DNA of 64,000 bases from Neocallimastix sp. 'constans' (lineage: Eukaryota): contig JBODTK010000148.1 in assembly GCA_050613775.1 (NCBI GenBank), positions 1 through 64,000 on the forward strand, in the 5' to 3' direction. This document shows positions 53,301-64,000 of this stretch, piece by piece. Numbering within the stretch: position 1 is the first letter of the stretch; the number at the start of each line of letters is the position of its first letter. A program made the translations under genes and the position numbers. A model generated the notes under the pieces. The model did not search any database. It was given only the letters and a program-made list of their open reading frames with translations, and had not been told where the DNA came from.

Positions 53301-53999
53301 AAATATATTAAAATAAAAAGGGATATTTAGAATAATAAAAGGATATATTATATAATCATGTATATATATGTTAATTTCTATATAATAATATGCTATATAT
53401 TTATTAAGAATAATACAAAATAATAATAATAATAATAATTTAACTATTAATAAATTTAAAACAAAATTTTTATATTAATTAAAATTTTTAATTATTTCAT
53501 TATTAAATATTTTAATAATTTATTTTTACCCAATAAAATTCCTTGGAATGAGAATGAAATTCTTGATAATAAAAAAAAAATATTATATATTTATATAGTA
53601 TAAGGATAATAAAATGTGGATAGGATTATACAAAACCAAAATATTCATTATAATTTTACTAATATTTCTTTTAGCATTTTTTACTTTTTTTTTTTTTTTT
53701 ACATACATATAAAATATTATTAATTACTTAATAAAAATTTAAATAAGTAAATAAATATTTATTAATTATTCATCTATTGATAGAATATATGAAAAACGAT
53801 TTATTAATATCAAGTTAATATTAGATTATTAAAAAAAATTTTCATTTAAATTCAAAAAAAAAATTATTTTATTTTATATCTTATTCATTTATTCATTTAT
53901 TTAAATATAGAATTTTATAACCATTTACTTTTTCTTTCTTTCCTTAATTTCATAATATTATATTGTAAAAATAAATAACAGAATTCCTATGTTTATTTA

Positions 54000-55559
54000 T
54001 TATTGTAAAAATAAAAAATAAATAACAAAAATAAACACACTTATTTTAAAATTTGCTTATATTACTTGAGTTTTATTTAATTTAATTATATATATTTTAT
54101 ATATATTTTTTTTTTACATTTTTTTTTTACATTTTTTTTTATTTTATACTTTACTATTAATTTTTTACTTTTTCCTTTAAAATTTTCTAGTTTTTTATTT
54201 ATTTTAATATTTTTTATTAATCATAAATTATTAAATTTAATATAAAAATAATAAAAATAATTTATATAAAGATATTTATTTTACATATATTTTTATTCTA
54301 AATTATATTTTTTATTATTTTTATACATTTAAAGAAATAAATTTTTTAATTCAAATTTTAATTTATAAAATTGAATTAAATAAAAAAGAAAAACTTATTT
54401 TCTTTGGTTTTTTTTTTTTTTTTTTTTTTTTTTTGAATACTAGACGAATGCTAATTCTTTTATTAAATTAACTTGGTTTTATATATATATATTTATTTAT
54501 TTATTTATTTCTATTTAAAATAATAATTTTATTATTATTTTTTATTAAAATTATAATTATATTATTAATTATAAATAAATTTTTTTAATTCTTATCTTAT
54601 TTTATATAAATAGAATTATAGAATTAAAATTAAAATTTAATTTTTTTTTTTCTTTCATTTTGAAAAGAATTCAAAACTTTAATAAAAAAAAAAAATAGTA
54701 AAAATTTTTTTTTAAAAAAAAAAGAAATGATTGCCGAATTTGTCTAAATTCAAAGAGTTTTTTTTTTTTTTTTTTTTTTTTTGATAGGTTTTCTTTTTAA
54801 TTTAGAATATTCGAATTTCATTAGGTTCATCAATGGATATTTTTTTGATTTGACTAGACAGCACTTTAAATCTTACAATTTTTTTTTATCGTTGAAAATT
54901 GTCTAAATTAAGTCATAGCTTTCAAATTTAAATTCAATAAAATATTAGCAGAAAAAGATTGCAGTAACTGTCTAACTCAAGACAGGGGTTTTGTTTTCAT
55001 TATAATTTCATTTTTATTTAAAATTTGTTCATAAAAAATAAATACCTGATTCATTTTTAAAATAAAATTCAAATAAAAATATTGAATAGAATCCAATTCC
55101 ATGGTAGTTATTATTTCCTTCTTTTCTTCTTCTTCTTTTTTTTAATTCATTTCCAATGGTTTTTAAAGATTCCAATGATGAGACTTTTAATTATTTTATT
55201 TACAATAGGATAACCTTAATAAAAATTTTCATTATTTCTTCTTTACTTGAATTTCTTCTTTTTTTTTTTTAATTTATTTCTTAATATTAATTATCAAAGA
55301 TATTTAATTATTATTAAATTAAATAGCTTTTCTAATTTTTTTTTAAAAAGTTTAAAGTTCAAAACTTTCGAAAATTTTTCTTTTTTTTTATACTTTTTTT
55401 TTTTTAATTATATAATTTATATAATAATAAAATAAAATATAAATTATATATACATTGTATAAACAAAATTTTTATATGCATTAATTATGTTTTTAAATAC
55501 TATATAAGAGTTTTAGTATTAGTGATAGAGTAAATTTTTCAGATAATTAATATTTAAAA

Positions 55560-55560
<1 letters not shown>
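54000..55560 (-). repeat. Dispersed repeat family, copy 2 (reverse complement of ~3330-4760)
   Basis: For example GAATAGAATCCAATTCCATGGTAGTTA (~55085) and GAATACTAGACGAATGCTAATTC (~54435) are reverse complements of copy 1. Confidence 0.85.
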
Positions 55561-55574
<14 letters not shown>

Positions 55575-55598
<24 letters not shown>

Positions 55599-56845
55599 AT
55601 AAAATAAAATGCTTTAATCAATAATAAATTCAATAAAAGTTATAATAATATAATCAAATTTAAAAATAAATATGTTTATTTTTATTATTTCTATTGTTTT
55701 ATAAAATAATAAGTGATGATAGGAAGTCTTTTAAAGTTTCTTTTATAATTTTTCTTTATTTAATAGATAATAATTTGTAATTACGAAAATAAAAAAAAAG
55801 TAAATGAATACAATATAAGTATATAAATTTTATATTTAAATAAAGGAATCAATAAAATATAAAATAAATAATTTATTTTTTATTGTATTTAATTTTTATT
55901 TTTATTTTTATATTTAAGGTTTATTAATAAATAATAATAGTTTTTGGTAATTATATTTTAACAGTAGTTAATCATGGTGTTGCATTTATTACTGATTTTT
56001 TATTAAAAAAAAATAAAAAAAATTGTACATATAAAAAAATTGTAAAAATGAAATTAATAATTTATTAAATATTAAATATAATTTTATTATTAATTATTTT
56101 AAAAATAAAAAATTTATTAAATTATTGCTTAAATTATATAATAGAGATACCAAACTTTACCATTAAATATTTTTTTTTTTTTTATAATTTTTTAATAAAT
56201 ATTAATTATCTGAAAATATTTACTCTACCCCTAATAATAAAACTCTTATTTACTATTTAAAAATTTAATTAATACATATAACCATTTTGTTTATACAATC
56301 TATTAATAATAAAATTATATTTAATATTTAACAAATTATTAATTTCATTTTTACAATTTTTTTATATGTACAATTTTTTTTTTTTTATTTTTTTTTTAAT
56401 AAAAAATCAGTAATAAATGCGACACCATGATTAAAAAAAACTTTACCTTAACTGTTAAAATATAATTACCAAAAATTATTATTATAAATTAATAAACCTT
56501 AAATATAAAAATAAAAATAAAAATTATTAAATACAATAAACAATAAATTATTTATTTTATATTTTATTGATTCCTTTATTTAAATATAAAATTTATATAC
56601 TTATATTGTATCCATTTACTTTTTTTTATTTTCGTAATTATAAATTATTATCTATTAAATAAAGAAAAATTATAAAAGAAACTTTAAAAGACTTCCTATC
56701 ATCACTTATTTTTTTATAAAACAACAGAAATAATAAAAATAAGCATATTTATTTTTAAATTTGATTATATTATTATAACTTTATTGAATTTATTGTTGAT
56801 TAAAGCATTTTATTTTATATTGTATATATATATATATATATATAT
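55575..56845. repeat. Large inverted repeat: ~520-bp arms (55575-56090 / 56303-56845) with a ~210-bp spacer
   Basis: AAGTGATGATAGGAAGTCTTTTAAAG versus CTTTAAAAGACTTCCTATCATCACTT; ATCATGGTGTTGCATTTATTACTG versus CAGTAATAAATGCGACACCATGAT; colinear throughout. Confidence 0.9.
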
Positions 56846-56899
56846 TTATATTTTATTTTCTTTTCTACATTTTTTTTATTTCTATTTTATTATTAATTA

Positions 56900-57729
56900 T
56901 TAGTATTTTATTTTAAAAAATTACTTATTTATTTTTATTAGTTTATTATTTTTACTATTATTAATATCATATTTAAAATAAAAATATCAAAAATAATATA
57001 TAAAAAGAAATATTACTTTTCATATATTTCTCTTTATATTTTAATTTCTATTATTCTTATGTTAAATATATTTTATTTTATACATTTTAGAAATAAATTT
57101 TTTTAATTTATATTATAATTTTTAAAACTGAATTTAATAAAAAAAAAAAAAAAAAAACTTATTTTCTTTATTTTTTTTAATACTAGGCGAATGCTAATTC
57201 TTTTATTAAATTAACTTGTTATATATATATATATATATATATATTTATTTCTATTTAAAATAATAATTTTATTATGACTTTTTATTAAAATTATAATTAT
57301 ATTATTAATTATAAATAAATTTTTTTAATTCTTATTTTATTTTATATAGATAGAATTAAAATTAAAACTTAATGTTTTTTTTCTTTTATTTTGAAAAGAA
57401 TTCAAAACTTTAATAAAAAAATATAAAAATATTTTTTTAAAAAAAATGAAATGATTGCTGAATTCGTCTAAATTTCAGAGAGACTTTTTTTTTTTTTTTT
57501 GATCGGTTTTCTTTTTAATTTAGAATATTCGAATTTCATTAGGTTCATCAATGGATATTTTCTTTTTTTTTTTTGATTTGACTAGACATCACTTTAAATC
57601 TTACAATTTTTTTTTTATTGCTGAAAACTGTCTAAATTAAATCATGGCTTTCAAATTCAAATTCAATAAGATATTAGCGGAAAAAGATTGCAGTAACTGT
57701 TTGACACAAGACAGTTACTGCAATCTTTT
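56900..57729 (-). repeat. Dispersed repeat family, copy 3 (partial), ending in a perfect 19-bp hairpin
   Basis: Direct repeat of ~54240-54985; ends AAAAGATTGCAGTAACTGT-N10-ACAGTTACTGCAATCTTTT (57682-57729). Confidence 0.85.
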
Positions 57730-58342
57730 ATAATATACATAAAAATAATTTTTTTGTTATAGTATTTAAAATTAATTTTTTTGTTCATAAGGATAAATAT
57801 TAATAATTAATGGTTATTACTGCCATCAATTTTATAAAAAAAATAGTGAAGAAATAATTATAATAAAAGCATTAAAAAAAAAAATAAAATAAAGTAAAAT
57901 ACATAAAATAAAATACAATAATATACAATAAAATGAAATAATAATTGTAATAAAAAGAAGTATCGATAATATATTATTTTATTATAAATTAAAAGAAAGT
58001 AATTATTAATGAATTATATTTTAAAATCTCGAAAAGTTAATTAATGTTAATTAAATAAAAGAAAAAAAGTTAAATAAATATTAAAAAAAAAAATGTAAAA
58101 ATTAAGGGTAAAAACGTATATTATTAATTTAGATGATATGGTTAAGGTGAACTTTAAATTTAAGTTTAAGATGAAGAAATCTTTAATAGGTTAATATAGT
58201 AGTTAAAAAAACTCTTTTCTTATTCGATTTAAATTATTTATAGTTTTTAGATTTATTGAATTCATTATTAATTTTTATTATTTTTGATTTCAATTTTCTA
58301 TCTGTCAATCTGTCTGTCTATCTATCTATCTTTTTATCTATC

Positions 58343-58385
<43 letters not shown>

Positions 58386-59165
58386 TAGTATTTCGTTAGA
58401 CTCTTTTATAATACATAATTATATGTGTATAAATAATTTAGTTTTATATTACTTCTAATTCATAATATTTTAAAGTCCTATGAACTAAAAATATTTATAT
58501 AAATATATTTACAACTAAAAAAAAAAAAAAATTTATAATATTACATAATTCCTGTTGAATAATATAATTTTTTTTTTCTTAGTAATATTTATTCTATATA
58601 TATTAAAATATAAAAATAAGGAAAATTTACATATATATATATTTTATTTAAAAAGTAAGAAAAAATTAAAATTTTTATTTTTACTATATATATATATATA
58701 TATACTTCTATCAAATTTACGTAATCTATGTTACTATTAAAAATAATGATAATCAATTATTTTATTTATAACCCTAAAATTTTGAATATATTTTATTTTG
58801 TTATCATTATTTCTTTTTAAATAATCTTTACTTTTTTTTTTTTTATGAAATAAAAATAAAAGTTTAATTGGAAATTCAAATATAAAACAATTTATTATTA
58901 AAAATTTAAAATTATCTATCAAAGAAATAAAATCATATATAATGATAATTATAAAGTTAATATGAAATACTATAATTAAATTAAAAATTACAAATTAAAA
59001 ATTCACATTAAAAATATATATATTAAAAATAAAATAAAAATGGATATACTTTAAGGTAGAAATTATTATTTATAATCTAATAATAATAAAATAATAATAA
59101 ATAATATAATAAAATTGATATTATGTATAAAATTGAATTATTAATATATAATTATTAATGCAGCC

Positions 59166-59208
<43 letters not shown>

Positions 59209-59947
59209 AAAAAAATTAAAAAAATTAATATATATAATAAATTTGAATGTATAAAATATAAATGATATTTATTAATATAAATAGATAAAATATTTTATAA
59301 AAGAAAATACATTTACATTTTACATATATATATATATATATAATTAATAATTACAAAACTTTAATAATTAAAAGAAGAAAAAAAAATACCAAGTTTTCTG
59401 TGATGCGATGATAATAAAATTTTAAAATTAATTATAAAATTAAATTTATTTATGTCACTTCTGAAACAATGGATAAAAAAAAGATATTATAGAGTTACGT
59501 TGAACCTTTTTAATTAATATATAAAATTTAATTAAAATTATGACTATTTTTTTTTTTTTATAGTTATAATTAAATTATACTTTATAGCAACTTTATTTTT
59601 TTGTTATTAAATTATAATTTCTATTATTTTTTTTCTTTTGTTATTAATTTTTTTTTTTTTATAACAATACATATTGAAATTATTCTCTATTCCTTAGGCT
59701 ATTACTTTATAAATTATGAATTATACAATATAAATTACTTTTAAAAAATAATGCTTGTAAACCTTTCTTTTTAAAATTTTAAAATTAATAACAGTTATTA
59801 TATATATATATATATATTAGTATTACTCTATTACTTAATAAACTTTTTTAAAAATCATATGTTATAACCAAAAAATTGAATATAAGTTTTTCAATATTAA
59901 TTATAATAAATAAAATTCTTATATTTAAATAAACCAAAAAAAATAAA

Positions 59948-59982
<35 letters not shown>

Positions 59983-62016
59983 AAAGAAATAGAAACCAAA
60001 GAAATAAAAACTAAAGAAATAAAAACTAAAGAAATAAAAACTAAAGAAATAAAAACCAAAAAAAAAAAAAATAAAAACCAAAAAAATAAAAGCCAAAAAA
60101 AAAAATAAAAAATAAAAACCAAAAAAAAATAATAATAAAAAATAAAAACCTAAAAAAAAAAGTAATAAAAAATTAAAACCAAAAAAAAAAAAAAAAAAAA
60201 AAAAAAAGTTATTATGAAATAAAAGTATATTAAAAAATAAAATTATTATTATTATATTCCAATAATAATAATCTTTGAATATTTTATTTAATATTAATAG
60301 AATTAAATTAATAATAAAGTTTTTTATATTTAATTTAAAATTTTTTAATTAAAATTAAAATTCATTAAAAAAAAAACTTTTTTATAATTAACTCTTTTCT
60401 GTTAGGAAGAATAATTTTAAATTTTAGTTTCTTAATCTTTATATATAATATATTTTTTTTATCATTAAATATTAACTTTAACTGAATCTTATTAATTAAT
60501 TAATAATATCAATATGGTTGGTACCTTTTTTTACTTCAAATTTAAAAGTTAGATTTTATAGATATATTATTTTTAAAAAGTAAATATAATAAATTTTTTT
60601 TTCTTTTATATTAATATTAAAATAAAAAAAAAGTTCACATGATAACTATAAATTAATATACATTTATAATAAATTAATGCTAAAAAATATTTCAATTTCA
60701 ATTTACATACTGAAGAAAAAATTAATTACAGTATTTTTTTTTTTACTTTTTATTTTATTTTATTTTATTTCTTTTTAATAAAAATATTATTTTTTTAATA
60801 TATTTAAATCTCTCAGTAATATATTACAGTATATTATAATATATATTATTAAATAGAAATGATATAATAATTTGAATATAAAAAAATTAAAATTTTATTT
60901 TAAAATTTTAAGATTATTCTGTGATGCAAGAACTTTCTTGAACTTTAAATTAATAAAAAAAATTAAAATAAAAAATTAAAATAAAAAATAAAAATAAAAA
61001 ATAAAAATAAAAAAATTAAAATAATAATAATAATAGTAATAAATATTAAGTTTAATAATAATTATAAAAATAGATAAAAAGATCGTATTCTAAAGTTGAT
61101 AAATAAATATATTTGTTAATCATTTAAAGAATATACTATAAAATAAGAATATCAAACGTAATGCAACTCTTTACTTACATAAAATAGCTTAATTTATTTA
61201 ATTTATTTAATAATAATTAATCAAAACAATCTAAAAAAAAAAAAATTTTTTTTTTTATTTTTGTTAATTTTATTTAAACCAAAATCCAAAAATTTCAATT
61301 AAATTAAATTAAATTATTATAAAATTATATATAAGAAGTAAATTAAATATAATATATTATTTAATTTTGAATAGTAATGAATAAATATATATATTTATAT
61401 TATAAATAAATGGATATTTTAATATGTAATATATTATTTTCTATTTTATATTGATAAGTTATTTTAAGTTTGAAATTAAATTTTTATTTTAGGGAAAAAA
61501 AAATTAAAATATATAATATTAATGAATAATACATATATTACAAATATTCTATAATATATACATTATTGTATAATTAATATATGAAAATAATTTCCTTTTT
61601 AATCATATTCCATAGTAAATTGTATTTAAATAATATATTAAACGCATTAACTAAATTGAGCATAATTTTATTAATCCAATAATAAATGGAATGTATTATA
61701 CATTAAATTTATGATTAGATTTAATAATTTCATATATTCATATACTTTTTTTGTACTTTGATGGTTAGATAATTATTTGTAAAAAATAAATGAATATATA
61801 AATAAATAGTTTATATTTTTTTTATAATACATTCTGACAAATATCAATGAATGTGTAGATAAATATCAAAGAATTTCAGAAAAAATATATATATAAAAAT
61901 ACAGATTTTATATATATACGTATATATATATTTTTAATATAAATAAAATAATAAAACTATTATGATAAATATAAACAAAAAAAACTTTAGTATAAGCATT
62001 AACTAAAATAAACTAG

Positions 62017-62057
<41 letters not shown>

Positions 62058-62377
62058 TATATATATATATATATAATAAACATTAAATAAAAAAAAAAAG
62101 AAAATTAAATAAAATAATTAAAATTAAAGAATTACATAAATCATAAAAAGAGGAATTGAAAAATTATTTTATTAATTTAAAACAAAATAAAAGAAAAGAA
62201 AAAGAAAAAGAAAATCTTTAAGTTAATTCCAATTTCATAAATTTTAATTTTAATTATTTTTAAATATTTTTTAAATAAATAATACATAAATATTACTTAG
62301 ACGAAAAATAAAAAAGAAAAAAAAATACATATATATATATAAATATTCTAGTTTTCAGTAAAAGCTAATAAATAAAA

Positions 62378-63685
62378 ATGAAGATTTTTACTCTTGTTTT
62401 AACTTTATTTGCAACATCTATGGTTTTAGCTTCTACCTTAGATAATTGCAAATCAGAATTAAAGGGATATAGTAAGTGTATTTTTGATTATACAAAGATT
62501 TCTTCAAGAAAACTTGATCAATATTGTTCAACTTATAATTCTTCAGAATGCCAAAAATACATTGATAATCCAAAAAAATACGTACCATCATGTTTTAGTT
62601 TAGACAGTTCTTACAGAATTGATGATTTAATTCTTTTAAATTATAAAAAAGCTTTATTGAATTTAATATGTCAAAAAGATAATAATGGTAATACATGTTC
62701 TATTAGTGAAATATTCTTTGGTAAAGATGTCAGTAGTAATAGTAATGTTAAAAAAATTGTTGATGCTACATGTGCTCAATCAAAATGTAGAGATAAATAT
62801 ATTGAGTTTTTAAATGCAAAATATAAACTTGGTGAAAGTAATGATGGTAGTAATTATGGAATATCTAATATTAATCTTAATACTATTTCTAAAATGAAAA
62901 ATTATATGGAATCCGGAGAATGCATTAATAAAAACCCTTCAAATACTACAAGTATTAAAAGTAATACTACTACCAGAAATATTCCAACATCTACTGTTTC
63001 AGGAAGATGTGGTCCTGAATATGGTGCTTGCTCGAAAGAAGGACAATGTTGTAGTAAATATGGCTACTGTGGTACAAGTTCTAGTTATTGTGATTCAGGT
63101 TGTCAAGTTGGATATGGTAATTGTTCCAATAATGTACCTCCAAGTGAAACTACAAAACAAATTACTACGACTACCACTACTAATGCTAAAAAACCAACAT
63201 CAACTGTTCCTGGTAAATGTGGTGAAGGTTATGGGGCTTGTCCAAAGGCTGAACAATGTTGTAGTAAGTATGGTTACTGTGGTATTTCCCCTGCTCACTG
63301 TGATAGTGGATGTCAAAGTGAATTTGGTAGATGTAATAATACAACTAGTAAAACAACAAAGAAAACTACTACTACTACCACTACTAAAAATAGAACAACC
63401 ACTACAACAAAGAAAACCACAACTAAAACTACCTCTTCTACTACTAAAAATAGAACTACCACTACTACAAAGAAAACCACAAAGAAAACTACCTCTTCTA
63501 CTACTAAAAAGAGTACTACCACTACTAATAAAATAGCAACAGCTACAGTTTCCGGAAGATGTGGTGGAAGATATGGTGGTGCTTGTGCTAAAGCTGGTAC
63601 CTGCTGTAGTAAATATGGTTATTGTGGTACTGGTAGTGATTACTGTGGTTCTGGTTGTCAATCTGCCTTTGGTGTTTGTTATTAA
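62378..63685 (+). CDS. Secreted 435-aa protein: extended 10-Cys N-terminal domain + three CBM18 modules with Thr/Lys linkers
   Basis: Signal peptide MKIFTLVLTLFATSMVLA; three CCSKYGYCG modules; no catalytic motif. Confidence 0.95.
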   Translation: MKIFTLVLTLFATSMVLASTLDNCKSELKGYSKCIFDYTKISSRKLDQYCSTYNSSECQKYIDNPKKYVPSCFSLDSSYRIDDLILLNYKKALLNLICQKDNNGNTCSISEIFFGKDVSSNSNVKKIVDATCAQSKCRDKYIEFLNAKYKLGESNDGSNYGISNINLNTISKMKNYMESGECINKNPSNTTSIKSNTTTRNIPTSTVSGRCGPEYGACSKEGQCCSKYGYCGTSSSYCDSGCQVGYGNCSNNVPPSETTKQITTTTTTNAKKPTSTVPGKCGEGYGACPKAEQCCSKYGYCGISPAHCDSGCQSEFGRCNNTTSKTTKKTTTTTTTKNRTTTTTKKTTTKTTSSTTKNRTTTTTKKTTKKTTSSTTKKSTTTTNKIATATVSGRCGGRYGGACAKAGTCCSKYGYCGTGSDYCGSGCQSAFGVCY

Positions 63686-64000
63686 TTAATGAATAAAAAT
63701 GTTATTGTGAAAACGAATCGAACCAAAATTAAAAGAAAAAGAAAAAAAAAAAAAAAAAAAAATAGTAATCATTCAAAAATTATTAACCTAATATTACTAT
63801 TAAAAGATGTATAATTAATTAATTAATTAATTAATTAATATTTTTTTTTATTAATAACTCCTATCCATATAAATATTTATTTATATATATATATATTATT
63901 ATTTTCACATTATCTTAATTTTAGATATACAACTTTTATTAATATATATTAATTTAAAAATTAGTAAAACATATATTTATATATATACTTAAAATTTAAT

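Noticed and set aside
59397..60927. TTCTGTGATGC occurring twice upstream of the 62378 gene; possible C/D box at ~59405-59464
   Set aside because: Too short and unsupported; no guide complementarity recognised.
45904..63685. Chitinase, chitin deacetylase or cellulosomal dockerin assignment for the Cys-rich proteins
   Set aside because: No DxxDxDxE or TFDDGP motifs; the modules have the hevein CCSxYGYCG pattern, not the fungal dockerin WGxENxxWC pattern.
1..64000. tRNA, rRNA, TATA/promoter calls
   Set aside because: No tRNA or rRNA signatures seen; TATA-like words are uninformative at this AT content.

Overview
Extremely AT-rich, intron-containing eukaryotic DNA with long poly-A/T tracts. The composition and gene content are most consistent with an anaerobic gut fungus (Neocallimastigomycota; inferred, not proven). 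Seven genes are supportable. (1) A two-exon, bacterial-type hybrid peroxiredoxin-glutaredoxin (Prx5-Grx). (2-3) Two tandem ~23-exon paralogues that the ORF track shows only as fragments. Spliced by hand, each encodes a signal peptide, a bacterial family-1 sugar solute-binding-protein (SBP)-like ectodomain, a Cys-rich linker and a class C-type 7TM receptor domain, and the two share micro-exons. (4-7) Four intronless secreted, non-catalytic proteins with 3-4 CBM18 (hevein-like chitin-binding) modules. All four share a previously unassigned, sequence-variable six-cysteine N-terminal domain, and one displays it on a ~530-aa Thr-rich stalk. The rest is decayed LINE, copia and gypsy remnants, a small LTR element with related solo LTRs, and a rearranged non-coding repeat family with large and small inverted repeats. 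Exon boundaries and alignments were read by eye; no database searches were run.
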